Notes under the pieces: generated by a model
Told to the model about the DNA's origin: nothing
What the model saw: the letters and a program-made list of their open reading frames with translations, nothing else
Databases searched by the model: none
Translations under genes and position numbers: made by a program
Origin: Ferruginibacter sp.
Lineage (GTDB): Bacteria > Bacteroidota > Bacteroidia > Chitinophagales > Chitinophagaceae
Reading direction: 5' to 3'
Length of the DNA stretch: 64,000 nt
Assembly: GCA_043732685.1 (NCBI GenBank)
Contig: JAYTHI010000171.1
Location: 6,988-70,987, forward strand
In this document: piece after piece, positions 50,462 through 60,379 of the stretch
How positions within the stretch are numbered: position 1 is the stretch's first letter
Layout: each line of letters opens with the position of its first letter

Positions 50462-51700
50462 TTAATTGTTAGCGTAATAATACAGGGTATTGCAATTATT
50501 TTCCTGAAATATTACGTTGCTTTCTTTTATCAATTCAGCGGTAGTAACGGCCTGGTATTTTCCCAGTTCGGTGTTTATAAGTTCTGCATCGCCCAGTAGC
50601 GCATACATGGCTAAATTGGTTGCACGGCTCATAACACTCATATCTTCAAAAGCCAGCATGCTTTCCGTTTTATTTTTAACTTTTTCTAATTCCTTTTCTG
50701 TAATACCTTTTTGTTGAAGGATAGTAATTTCTTCCATCAATGCTGCTTCGGCATCTTTCATACTTACACCTTTAACCAATTTACCTTCAATGCTTAGTAA
50801 ACCGGCATCTGTACTTCCTGAGTGAGAACAGTCGATGGTACTGAAAAGCTGTTTCTCTTTTACCAGGGCCTGAAATAATCGGGAAGATCCGCCACCGCTT
50901 AGTATTTCTGTTATTAAGTCGGTTACATAATACCGATCATCCAACCTATTGCAAATATGCCAGCATTTATATAGGGCATCAATGGGAACGTTGGCTTTTA
51001 CTTCTAAAGCTCGTGCACCTGTCTGCTTTGGTTCGACGGGTACGTTGCGGACGTATTTAGTGCCTGCAGCAATTGGACCAAACCATTTTTGAGACAAGGC
51101 TTTTACCTCATCGGTTGTTACATTACCCGCAACAACCAATATGGCATTTACAGGAGTGTAATGTTTTGCAAAAAAGTCTTTTACATCCTGCAGGGTAGCA
51201 TCTTCTACATGTTTTAATTCTTTACCAATCGTCATCCAGCGATATGGATGTTTTGTGTAGGCAAGCGCTCTCATTTTATGCCAAACATCGCCGTATGGTT
51301 TATTAATATAGTGTTCTTTAAATTCTTCACTTACCACTTTTCGCTGAACATCCAAACTTTTTGCGTCAAAGGCCAGACTCAACATCCGATCACTTTCGAG
51401 CCAAAAAGCGGTTTCAATATTTTCTGCCGGAAGCTGGCAGTAATAATTGGTTAAATCGTTGGTGGTAAAAGCATTGTTTTCGCCCCCTGCAACCTGCAAG
51501 GGTTCATCATAGTTAGCAATATTTATGCTGCCGCCAAACATCAGGTGCTCAAACAAATGCGCGAAACCTGTTTTTTCAGGATCTTCATCTCTTGCACCTA
51601 CATCATAAATTACATTAACAACTGCCATTGGAGTGCTTTTATCCTGGTGCACCAAAACCCTAAGTCCATTATCAAGGGTAAACTTTTCATACTGAATCAT
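50462..51700 (-). CDS. M16 peptidase family, catalytic subunit
   Basis: TGFAHLFEHLMF (HxxEH), NNAFTTND.TNY, WLESDRM. Confidence 0.95.
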   Translation of the reverse strand: MIQYEKFTLDNGLRVLVHQDKSTPMAVVNVIYDVGARDEDPEKTGFAHLFEHLMFGGSINIANYDEPLQVAGGENNAFTTNDLTNYYCQLPAENIETAFWLESDRMLSLAFDAKSLDVQRKVVSEEFKEHYINKPYGDVWHKMRALAYTKHPYRWMTIGKELKHVEDATLQDVKDFFAKHYTPVNAILVVAGNVTTDEVKALSQKWFGPIAAGTKYVRNVPVEPKQTGARALEVKANVPIDALYKCWHICNRLDDRYYVTDLITEILSGGGSSRLFQALVKEKQLFSTIDCSHSGSTDAGLLSIEGKLVKGVSMKDAEAALMEEITILQQKGITEKELEKVKNKTESMLAFEDMSVMSRATNLAMYALLGDAELINTELGKYQAVTTAELIKESNVIFQENNCNTLYYYANN

Positions 51701-51938
51701 ATGTCAAAGTTAGGTAGAGTTGCCAATAGTATAAAATGAAAGAATGAAGAAAAATTTTAATCTTTTATTGAGTTTACTAAGTTTTACGATAATTGTCTAT
51801 CGTTTTTAGGATAGAAAAATTGGAAGTCAAATTTTATTTTCTGTCGCGGTTTATTGACAGTATAATTAAAGATAAATTATAAATCCGGGATATATTGGCA
51901 CTGCTTTAATGGCTATTGCAGCAGCCTGATTTTATATC

Positions 51939-53168
51939 TTACCTAATACTAACAGGCTTTATAGTCAATTGCATTAATGCTCCTTTTCTACGTACGATCA
52001 ATCTTATTTTTTCGCTATTTGTTTGTAGAATATCCTTGTATTGCATGATATTATTGCTAAAATTGTTATTTACGCTTACGATAACATCATCCCTTAAAAT
52101 ACCGGCTTTTGCTGCCGGAGAATTTGGGATTATATCATCCACCAGCACAGCGCCATCAATAAAGTAGGTGGCCATACCAATATATGTGTAATCAAACGGT
52201 TCTGCAAAATGACTATTGGGTAGTAAATGAATCTGTCTTTTTGGATAATTAATAATAAGGTTAAAGCGCCTTAAAAGATCATTACCCAAAAGGCCACCTA
52301 CAACAGGGTAAGAGGTAACATTGTATTCGTCACTGTATAAATAGGTGGGTACATTTCTAAATCTATACCGGCCTACTTCCACCATTTTAGTTACCGTGAG
52401 GCGCATTTGCAATTTGCCCCCCATTCCCTGAGCCTGTGTATAAACAGGTTTACGTCGTGCCAGCAGTACGCTGCTATCTTTTACAAACCGATCGCTCAGT
52501 AAAAAGCACAAACCAGCACCGGTATCAAAATAATAATTAAAATTTATTTTTCTTTTATCCCTTACAACAAGGTTTACAATGGGCAAGGTGGTAAAAACCG
52601 GATTAAGTAAGGTGCCATCGCGCGGATATTGCATTTCGCCGGGAGAGAACACCTGTATTGTTGTGCTATCGAAATTTATTTTAACGATGTACCTTCTAAA
52701 AAAACTGTAGCCAATAATACCATCAATTTTTTGCCCGTAAACACTTGTTAACACCTCGTAGTCGTTTACATGAAAATTTAAATTCTTTACGGTAAGATTT
52801 TTAAAATACAGGGTTTGGTTAAAGGCAAAACTTACTTTATGACTATCGCCCATTCCGGTTATAACCGTATCGCTTGGGGTAATTTTAATTTTTAATGTAG
52901 CAACGGTGGTAGAATCCAGGCTGATACCCCCGCTGCCGGTATCTAAAATAAAATTAAGGGAGTCTTTTATATCATTCAGTTTGGCCTTTACCACCATTAC
53001 GCCACCGCTGTACTGTGTAAATGGAAAAGTGGTTAGTAAGACCGCTTTAGGCAAGGGTGTTAAAATCTCCTGACTACTACAGGGGGAAGCAATTATTAAA
53101 GCCGCAAATAAACAAATCAAGTATAAATAATTGTTTATTCTAAGGTACTTATGCTTGTAGCGAATCAT
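51939..53168 (-). CDS. Aspartyl protease (two retropepsin-like domains) with C-terminal PDZ
   Basis: FILDTGS and YFDTGA motifs, GIIG/GLLG flaps, PDZ-like NSPAAKAGILRDDVI. Confidence 0.88.
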   Translation of the reverse strand: MIRYKHKYLRINNYLYLICLFAALIIASPCSSQEILTPLPKAVLLTTFPFTQYSGGVMVVKAKLNDIKDSLNFILDTGSGGISLDSTTVATLKIKITPSDTVITGMGDSHKVSFAFNQTLYFKNLTVKNLNFHVNDYEVLTSVYGQKIDGIIGYSFFRRYIVKINFDSTTIQVFSPGEMQYPRDGTLLNPVFTTLPIVNLVVRDKRKINFNYYFDTGAGLCFLLSDRFVKDSSVLLARRKPVYTQAQGMGGKLQMRLTVTKMVEVGRYRFRNVPTYLYSDEYNVTSYPVVGGLLGNDLLRRFNLIINYPKRQIHLLPNSHFAEPFDYTYIGMATYFIDGAVLVDDIIPNSPAAKAGILRDDVIVSVNNNFSNNIMQYKDILQTNSEKIRLIVRRKGALMQLTIKPVSIR

Positions 53169-53317
53169 TGTGGCAATAGTTAATTTGTAAATATTTGTTT
53201 TCTTGCGGTAACAACACTTAACAAATAAAACTGTTTATATACAGCTTCTTCTTTTACCTATTTTTAAATATACAACCTAATGATTGTAATTTTGTTACTT
53301 ATTATACAAATGGTTTT

Positions 53318-54442
53318 ATGGAATTAGAAAATTTATATTCAAAAGCTTTACATTTTGAATTTTTATCGGTAGAAGAAGGTGTTTATTTGTTTGAGCATGC
53401 TCCCTTAACTGCATTAATGTATGTAGCCAACGAGCTACGAATCAAGCAGGTACCACATGGTAAGGTTACCTGGATAATTGATCGCAATGTGAATACTACC
53501 AATGTATGCATAGCAAATTGTAAGTTTTGTAATTTTTATCGCATTCCCGGTCATGCAGAAGCTTATATTACAGATATTGAAACGTACAAAAAGAAAATAG
53601 ACGAAACCTTTAAATACGGCGGCGAGCAATTGTTATTACAGGGTGGCCACCATCCCGGTTTAGGGTTAAGTTATTATGTGCAACTTTTTAAAGAATTAAA
53701 AAGTTTATATCCTACTTTAAAATTACACACGCTTGGTCCCCCGGAAGTGGCCCATATTACCAAGCTTGAAAAAAGTACCCATCGCGAAGTATTGATTGCT
53801 TTAAAAGAAGCCGGTATGGATAGTATGCCCGGACCAGGTGCAGAAATTTTGACAGACAGGGTAAGAAGGTTAATAAGTAAAGGCAAATGCGGTAGCCAGG
53901 AATGGTTGGATATTATGCATATTGCGCATGAACTTGATCTTACAACAAGCGCTACGATGATGTTTGGTCATGTTGAAACGCTGACGGAGCGTTTTGAACA
54001 TTTGGTAAAATTAAGAGAAGTGCAAAGTCGTAAACCAGAGAATGCCAAAGGGTTTTTAGCATTTATTCCCTGGACATTTCAGGACGTAGATACCTTACTT
54101 TCTAAAATAAGGGGCGTTCATAATTTAACTACGCCAGAAGAATATATTAGAATGATTGCGATGAGCAGGATCATGCTGCCCAATGTAAAAAATATTCAGG
54201 CCAGCTGGTTAACGGTAGGTAAAAAAACTGCACAGATTTGTCTTAATGCCGGTGCCAATGATTTTGGAAGCATTATGATTGAAGAGAATGTTGTAAGTGC
54301 AGCAGGTGCACCACATCGTTTTACGGCCCAAGGTATTCAGGATGCCATCCGCGAAGCAGGTTTTGAACCACAGCTCCGCAACCAGCAATATGAGTTTAGA
54401 AATATGCCGGTTGCAATGGAAGAGCAGGTAATAGATTATTAA
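53318..54442 (+). CDS. mqnC: Cyclic dehypoxanthine futalosine synthase (radical SAM)
   Basis: IDRNVNTTNVCIANCKFC (CxxxCxxC), LLQGGHHP, PGPGAEIL, ATMMFGHVE, GANDFGSIMIEENVV. Confidence 0.88.
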   Translation: MELENLYSKALHFEFLSVEEGVYLFEHAPLTALMYVANELRIKQVPHGKVTWIIDRNVNTTNVCIANCKFCNFYRIPGHAEAYITDIETYKKKIDETFKYGGEQLLLQGGHHPGLGLSYYVQLFKELKSLYPTLKLHTLGPPEVAHITKLEKSTHREVLIALKEAGMDSMPGPGAEILTDRVRRLISKGKCGSQEWLDIMHIAHELDLTTSATMMFGHVETLTERFEHLVKLREVQSRKPENAKGFLAFIPWTFQDVDTLLSKIRGVHNLTTPEEYIRMIAMSRIMLPNVKNIQASWLTVGKKTAQICLNAGANDFGSIMIEENVVSAAGAPHRFTAQGIQDAIREAGFEPQLRNQQYEFRNMPVAMEEQVIDY

Positions 54443-54500
54443 TTATTACAGACCATCTTATAAAAAATAAAATTGGTCTTTACTTTAAAATTGAATGTAG

Positions 54501-54830
54501 ATGTCCATAACAGGATCAAAAAAATTATTGCATCGTTTTAGAATGGTGGGCATAGCAGAAGGAATTTCTTTTTTAGTATTGCTTTTAATAGCAATGCCTT
54601 TGAAGCATTTCTTAAAAATACCGCAACCTGTAAAATACATTGGCTGGGTTCATGGAGCACTCTTTATAACTTATATTTATTTGTTGATTGAAATGGCGGG
54701 GGAATTTAAAAAGAATTTTGGCTGGTGCGTTAAAAGTTTTCTTGCGGCTTTTATACCATTCGGTACTTTTTTAACCGATAAGCAATTGAAAAAGGAAGCA
54801 GCGCAGCTGGATAAGAATTATGAGTTGTAA
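54501..54830 (+). CDS. DUF3817 membrane protein
   Basis: FRMVGIAEGISFLVLLLIAMPLK, GWVHGALF, AFIPFGTF. Confidence 0.92.
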   Translation: MSITGSKKLLHRFRMVGIAEGISFLVLLLIAMPLKHFLKIPQPVKYIGWVHGALFITYIYLLIEMAGEFKKNFGWCVKSFLAAFIPFGTFLTDKQLKKEAAQLDKNYEL

Positions 54831-55207
54831 TTGCGATAAAAGCATTTTCGTTTGATTACTAAATTAAAACTTTTGGATGGGAATTATTAGCCATTTTTGG
54901 GTAGCAGCTTTCCATTTTAAAACAGCACAATCTTTTTAAATGCTTCTTTAAATAGCCTTACCTCATGTTTTGTGTGGGGTAACATACATTGCAAGATGGT
55001 AAATATTGAAGTTGTGTCTAAAATATAAAGCCGTAAAATTACCTGAGCATTAACGAAGCTATTAACACAGTGCAAAAATTTTAATTATTTTATTTATTTC
55101 TAAGCTTACTCAAAAATATTAGTTAAGGCGGTATTTAACTTCCAATTTACCTGCTTAGCTTGCTCACATCTATACTAACACAGGCATTATATTCAGGTAA
55201 TTGTTTC

Positions 55208-55589
55208 TTTATCTTACATACATCAGCCTTTGCACAAATAAATTTATTATAGTGGAAGAACTATAATTATTTTCAAAGGCAGACTTTCCTGATATTTTTA
55301 CGGCACAACATTTAAAAATTCCTCCACAGACATCACTGTATTATTGGTAGTTCAGGAAGGCTCCATATTTAAATAATAGCAGAAAAGAGTGACAGGATTG
55401 TTGAAACAATCTAAAGAGATCTACCCACCTAAGAATATTATAATTTTCTGCAATTTTAGTATTACCCAAAGAAATTATGATAATTGGAGGATTGGATTTA
55501 ATCAAATTTCTGTTAAGAATAGGCAGGAACTTGAAGGCCATATTAATTTTGCAAGAAGAAAAAACATTTATACAGCTTCAAAATGCTGA
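55208..55589 (+). pseudogene. Decayed BLUF-domain (blue-light flavin sensor) gene
   Basis: Segments in alternating frames stitch to FILHTSA / EEL*LFSKA / NSSTDITVLLVVQEGSIFK / IIAEKSDRIVETI*RD / KNIIIFCNFSITQRNYDNWRIGF, collinear with the BLUF consensus as I recall it; several stops and frameshifts. Confidence 0.55.
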
Positions 55590-55794
55590 TAATATGGCGA
55601 AAAATTACGCATTTAAAAACTTTTCCAAATTACAACGCTGTAAACCGTTTGAATTGGTAAATAAATACTCCAAATTCTCACTAAATTTTTCGTAATTCAG
55701 TATATATACTCTTATGATTCAATTAAAAACACATTATAATACCTTACAATTCATTTAGATATATTTAAATATTCATTTTTTCATTAAAACAGCG

Positions 55795-55824
55795 TTATCC
55801 ACATAAATTTTAAAATGTGGACAA
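55795..55824. promoter_or_regulatory. Pair of inverted DnaA-box-like 9-mers
   Basis: TTATCCACA (55795-55803, consensus) and TGTGGACAA (55816-55824, one mismatch), 12 nt apart. Confidence 0.4.
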
Positions 55825-55913
55825 ATTTCGGAAAATACTAATTCAAAAATTGAGAAAAACCACTCTTGTTAAGCATTAGATAAATTTTTAACTTTACTTC
55901 AAATCTAATAATT

Positions 55914-56048
55914 ATGAAAAACCCTAGCAACCAACAAACTATTGTTTTACCAAACCTTATGAAATTTTTGGCTAAAGCATTTAAAAGTATTTTTACCTCA
56001 GAATCGAAAACTGATTTTGCAAGATTAAAGAATTTTATTGCCTCGTGA
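55914..56048 (+). CDS. Unannotated small protein (44 aa)
   Basis: MKNPSNQQTIVLPNLMKFLAKAFKSIFTSESKTDFARLKNFIAS*; A-rich initiation region with A at -3; TTG-N20-TAACTTTA promoter-like sequence at 55866-55896. Confidence 0.5.
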   Translation: MKNPSNQQTIVLPNLMKFLAKAFKSIFTSESKTDFARLKNFIAS

Positions 56049-56098
56049 TTTGTCCAGTTTTACTTATTTTTTTTTAAGATAATGGCCATTGTCTTGCT

Positions 56099-59000
56099 TT
56101 AGCTAAACAGGTATTCCACATCAGCCTTGCTTAGTGCTTTAACAAAATTAACGTCATCACTAATCAATTCGTTTGCCAATTTGCGTTTGCGTTCCTGCAG
56201 TTGCATAATTTTATCTTCAATCGTATCGATGCATATCATACGGTAGGCAAAAATATTTTTTGTCTGCCCGATGCGATGGGTACGATCAATGGCTTGCTGC
56301 TCAACCGCAGGATTCCACCAGGGATCAACAATGTACACGTAATCCGCTGCAGTTAGGTTTAAACCCACACCACCCGCTTTTAAAGAGATAAGGAATACCC
56401 TGCACTCATCATTATTTTGAAAATTATCAATTGCTTTTTGTCTGTCGGTTATACTTGTGCTGCCATCAAAATACTCATATGGAATACCTTGCTCTTTTAG
56501 TTTTTCCCTTATCAAACCAAGCATACCTAAAAATTGAGAAAACACCAATGCTTTATGTTCACCGATATTTTCAAATATTTCTCGGGTAAGCTCATCCAAT
56601 TTAATAGAATGGTTGGGATATTTTTCCTCTTCATTCAATATAGCCGGACTATCACAGATCTGCCGCAGTTTCATCAAACCTTGTAAAATAGTTAACTGCG
56701 ATTTATCAATACCCTGTTGATCGATAACGCCTAATATTTTATCGCGGTAACTATTTCGGTAAGAATCATAGATTTTACGTTGTTCCTTTTCCATCTCACA
56801 AAAAAGAATAGTTTCGGTTTTTTCGGGAAGATCTTTTGCAACCTGTTCTTTTGTGCGGCGTAAAATAAACGGGTACAATAATTTACGGAGATGGTCTTTT
56901 TGTTCCTGCTCTCCAAATTTATCGATGGGGTTAGCAAATTCATTTCTAAAAAAGTCCATACTACCCAACAAACCGGGATTTAAAAAATTCATCTGTGCAA
57001 AAATATCAAAAGTATTATTTTGCAAAGGCGTACCACTCATGCACAACCTATTTTTAGCAAGCAACAAACAAGCAGCCTTAGTTACTTTAGAGGCAGGGTT
57101 TTTAATGGCCTGGCTCTCATCCAACACCACATAATCGTACACAATTTTTATAAGGGTTTGAATATCGCTTCTTAAAGTGCCATAAGTGGTAATGATAACG
57201 TTAGCCTTTTGCAATTCAACGATATCTCTTGTGCGCATGCTACCATGATGAATACGCCAGGTAAGGTCTGGTGTAAACTTTTTAATTTCATTTTCCCAGT
57301 TGTAAATAAGTGTTGTAGGACAAATAACAATCGCTTTTAAATTGCCTTCCTGGGCTTTGTAATGTTGCAGCATTGTTAGTGCCTGCACGGTTTTACCCAA
57401 CCCCATGTCATCTGCCAAAATACCACCCCAGCCAACTTCATTTAAATAATTCAGCCATTGATAGCCTGCCGTTTGATAAGGCCTTAAAACCGCCTGTAAA
57501 CCAGTAGGCACCGGTATTTCGGGTATTTGTTTAAACTCCCGCAGACGCGAAAATTTTTCATCGAGGTTAAAACTTAATTCTGTGGCATCGCGATTTTCGT
57601 AGAGCTCATCAATAACACTCATGTGGTATTTAGACAAGCGAAGTTTATCGTTTTTACCATCGCCAACCTTAAATAAAAGAGAGTAGCGTTTAAGCCATTC
57701 ATCAGGTAAAATACCTAAAGTACCATCGCCCAACTGAACAAAAGATTGCTTGGCTGCCAATGCTTTTTTAATATCATTGATGCCAACCCGCTGACCTTCA
57801 AAATCAATTTCCACTTTAGCATCAAACCAGTCCAACCCGCTACTTACATGAATATGGGTAGAAGGCCTTGCAGTGTTGAACCTAAAATTACGAAGTGCTT
57901 CAAAACCAAAAACCGGCACTTTTAGTTCTTTCATTGCATCTACAAAAAGAAAAAACCAGTTGTTGCGCAATACTTCAGAACCTTTAAGCACCATGCTATT
58001 GCCTTCTTCGGGCTGAATAAACTGGCTGTGCAAACCAGACAATGTATCGGCAAAGCGTTGCTCAGCCTCTTTATTACGATGAACAATCAATATTTTATCG
58101 CCATCCGGAATAGTGATGGTATCCTTATCATTTGCCTTGGTTTCAAATCCTTTGTAGGTAAATATGGGTTGAAAAACGAGGTAATCACCTTTTTCCTGGA
58201 GCATTAATTTTACTTCAGGTTCACCACTTTTAATTTCTTTTACCAGGCTTTTATCAAACTCCACTTTATACTCCTTTGTAAGGGGCATAATTACCTTTTG
58301 CATCTGCGCGGCCCAATTTTCTTTACTTAGTTTTATATTGCCGTCCTTAATAAATTTTTCTGCCTGCAACACATCTTCCGCTTTTTGCCACAGGTAAAAA
58401 ACATGATTGTACAAAAACAAAATGCTATTGCCACATTCGTTATCGGTTACAGGCTGTGCGGCGCCATTAATATTAAAACGGCACTGTAATTCAAAATGAT
58501 CGTCTTTCGCAACTATTTTAAATTGGGGCGTTAAATAGGTATCGCTTAACGTTACTTCTACCAAATTATCGGTTTTAAAAACCTGATTTTGAGGCAAGTA
58601 ATAAACAAAGGGACTGGCACTTTGTTCATCAAACAATTTTTTAAGTTTTGGCTGCAAATATTCGGTTATCAACAATTTTGTTTCTTCCGGAAATTCGTCA
58701 CCATCGGTTTGAATAATGTTTTCCCAGATGCCACTGAAGGGTGAATTTCTGTTGAGGTATTTATTTACTTCTGTTGCCTGAAGCTTTCTTATTTGCTGCA
58801 ATAATATTTTATCATCTTCACTAAATAACTCTGTATTAACATATTTGGTAAGATCTAATTTTTCAATTTTTCCTAAAAGTTTTTTATTGGTATCATCAAC
58901 ATCACCCTGTACGGCATCTACCACAAAATAAGGATAGGTAATGGCATTAAAATTAAAAATAATGCCCAAACGTTTAGTGGGCAAAGCTTCAATGGTAGTC

Positions 59001-59857
59001 ACATCTTCCTGGTGCAGGCGTGGAATATCTTGTAAGTAAGATGGTCTTTCAACAGGCGCTACTGCTGCAACTCTTTTAATACTGGTATCTAAAACGGTTA
59101 AAAATGGCTTACCTTCTTTATAGATAAATTCAAATTTTCCGGCAAGGTCATCTGTAAGGCTGTAGCCGTAAATCTGTAATAATTTATTTTTTTCCTTATC
59201 CCAGTTTCTGATGGTATCAAAATAATAAGGGCCATAGGTTTGAATAAGTTGTAAAAATAAGATGGTTTTGTGCACACATAAAGGGTGTGCAGTTTCATCG
59301 CATTTGCAGGAGGTATCAAAATTACGCTCGTCGTTTTTTTGAATAACCAGCGGAAAAACTTGTCCCTCGTAATTAAGTTCGGCTTCTACCCTTTCGTTTG
59401 CGGCAACAATAATTTTTGCTTTAATCGTAAGCACGGCAGTTTCAGCGGTATCAAATATTTCGGAGGCGGATAAAACACGGATTGTTTTGAGCTCAATATT
59501 TTTCATTTTAGCAACGGTATGCCGTTGGTTGTAAACCAGGTTATCTGTGCCGAGCAAATTTTTATCGATGAGTTCCTGTAATTTAAACAGTGCGGCAACT
59601 TCATGCCGGCAAATATCACCTAAATTATATGGGCATCCGCAACGAAGTGACAGCGCCTGAGGGTCGTTATATTTTTGTACGCCAACCTTATAAAGAGTGC
59701 TGTAGGTATCATCTTTAACCCTGAAGGAGACGCTGTTCATTAATTCATCGTGTTCAACCATTTCAACATAACCTATGGCATGAATTTTTTTCCCCCTGCG
59801 GATAACCTCGTCTGATGCAGTGTTATAAACGTATTTAATAAGATGTGATAGGGCCAT
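56099..59857 (-). CDS. SNF2-family helicase/ATPase with N-terminal SWIM zinc fingers
   Basis: SWIM-like CGC...CRH and CKC...CVH; GILADDMGLGKT, VLDESQ, SGTPLQN, SLKAGGVGLNLT, WWNPAVEQQAIDRTHRIGQ. Confidence 0.96.
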   Translation of the reverse strand: MALSHLIKYVYNTASDEVIRRGKKIHAIGYVEMVEHDELMNSVSFRVKDDTYSTLYKVGVQKYNDPQALSLRCGCPYNLGDICRHEVAALFKLQELIDKNLLGTDNLVYNQRHTVAKMKNIELKTIRVLSASEIFDTAETAVLTIKAKIIVAANERVEAELNYEGQVFPLVIQKNDERNFDTSCKCDETAHPLCVHKTILFLQLIQTYGPYYFDTIRNWDKEKNKLLQIYGYSLTDDLAGKFEFIYKEGKPFLTVLDTSIKRVAAVAPVERPSYLQDIPRLHQEDVTTIEALPTKRLGIIFNFNAITYPYFVVDAVQGDVDDTNKKLLGKIEKLDLTKYVNTELFSEDDKILLQQIRKLQATEVNKYLNRNSPFSGIWENIIQTDGDEFPEETKLLITEYLQPKLKKLFDEQSASPFVYYLPQNQVFKTDNLVEVTLSDTYLTPQFKIVAKDDHFELQCRFNINGAAQPVTDNECGNSILFLYNHVFYLWQKAEDVLQAEKFIKDGNIKLSKENWAAQMQKVIMPLTKEYKVEFDKSLVKEIKSGEPEVKLMLQEKGDYLVFQPIFTYKGFETKANDKDTITIPDGDKILIVHRNKEAEQRFADTLSGLHSQFIQPEEGNSMVLKGSEVLRNNWFFLFVDAMKELKVPVFGFEALRNFRFNTARPSTHIHVSSGLDWFDAKVEIDFEGQRVGINDIKKALAAKQSFVQLGDGTLGILPDEWLKRYSLLFKVGDGKNDKLRLSKYHMSVIDELYENRDATELSFNLDEKFSRLREFKQIPEIPVPTGLQAVLRPYQTAGYQWLNYLNEVGWGGILADDMGLGKTVQALTMLQHYKAQEGNLKAIVICPTTLIYNWENEIKKFTPDLTWRIHHGSMRTRDIVELQKANVIITTYGTLRSDIQTLIKIVYDYVVLDESQAIKNPASKVTKAACLLLAKNRLCMSGTPLQNNTFDIFAQMNFLNPGLLGSMDFFRNEFANPIDKFGEQEQKDHLRKLLYPFILRRTKEQVAKDLPEKTETILFCEMEKEQRKIYDSYRNSYRDKILGVIDQQGIDKSQLTILQGLMKLRQICDSPAILNEEEKYPNHSIKLDELTREIFENIGEHKALVFSQFLGMLGLIREKLKEQGIPYEYFDGSTSITDRQKAIDNFQNNDECRVFLISLKAGGVGLNLTAADYVYIVDPWWNPAVEQQAIDRTHRIGQTKNIFAYRMICIDTIEDKIMQLQERKRKLANELISDDVNFVKALSKADVEYLFS

Positions 59858-59954
59858 ACAATAGTTTTGATCGCCTGGTTCTATTCCGGAATTTGCTGAC
59901 CAACCTCCAGCAGCAACTTTTGTGCATTATTATATGTCCGAAAAAGGCAATTTA

Positions 59955-59984
59955 CAAAATTAAAGAAAAATAAAGAAAGGTCAA
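59955..59984 (-). promoter_or_regulatory. Sigma70 promoter of the SNF2 gene
   Basis: Minus strand TTG-N19-TAATTTTG, an exact match to the Bacteroidota -33/-7 consensus, ~98 nt upstream of the ATG. Confidence 0.7.
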
Positions 59985-60379
59985 TCTATTGATAGGTAGT
60001 TTTGAAAGAATAAGCCGGAAAAATGGCGTACTGTTGATAATATTTAATCAGACAGCTGAATTATAATTAACAGCCGGAATAAATTGGTGTAGAAAGCGGA
60101 TGACAATGGAGGAGAAATTTTATCAATAACGCTGAAAAATACTTCGCTTTTTGACTACTAATTTTGTTTAGATACAGTACAAACTAAGCTAGGTATTAAT
60201 GTGATGGTCAAATTAAATTTTATAAAACTTACGCCTTATTTACTCAGTGAAGTTTAATTTTCGTCTGTTCCTTTTAATTGGTACAAGCATTGGTTAATTT
60301 AAATCGGCGGGTTTTATTTATGGTTGAGGTGTTGTTGTTAATTGAGCACCAGCAAGAATTGCGTAAAAACCCGACCCCA

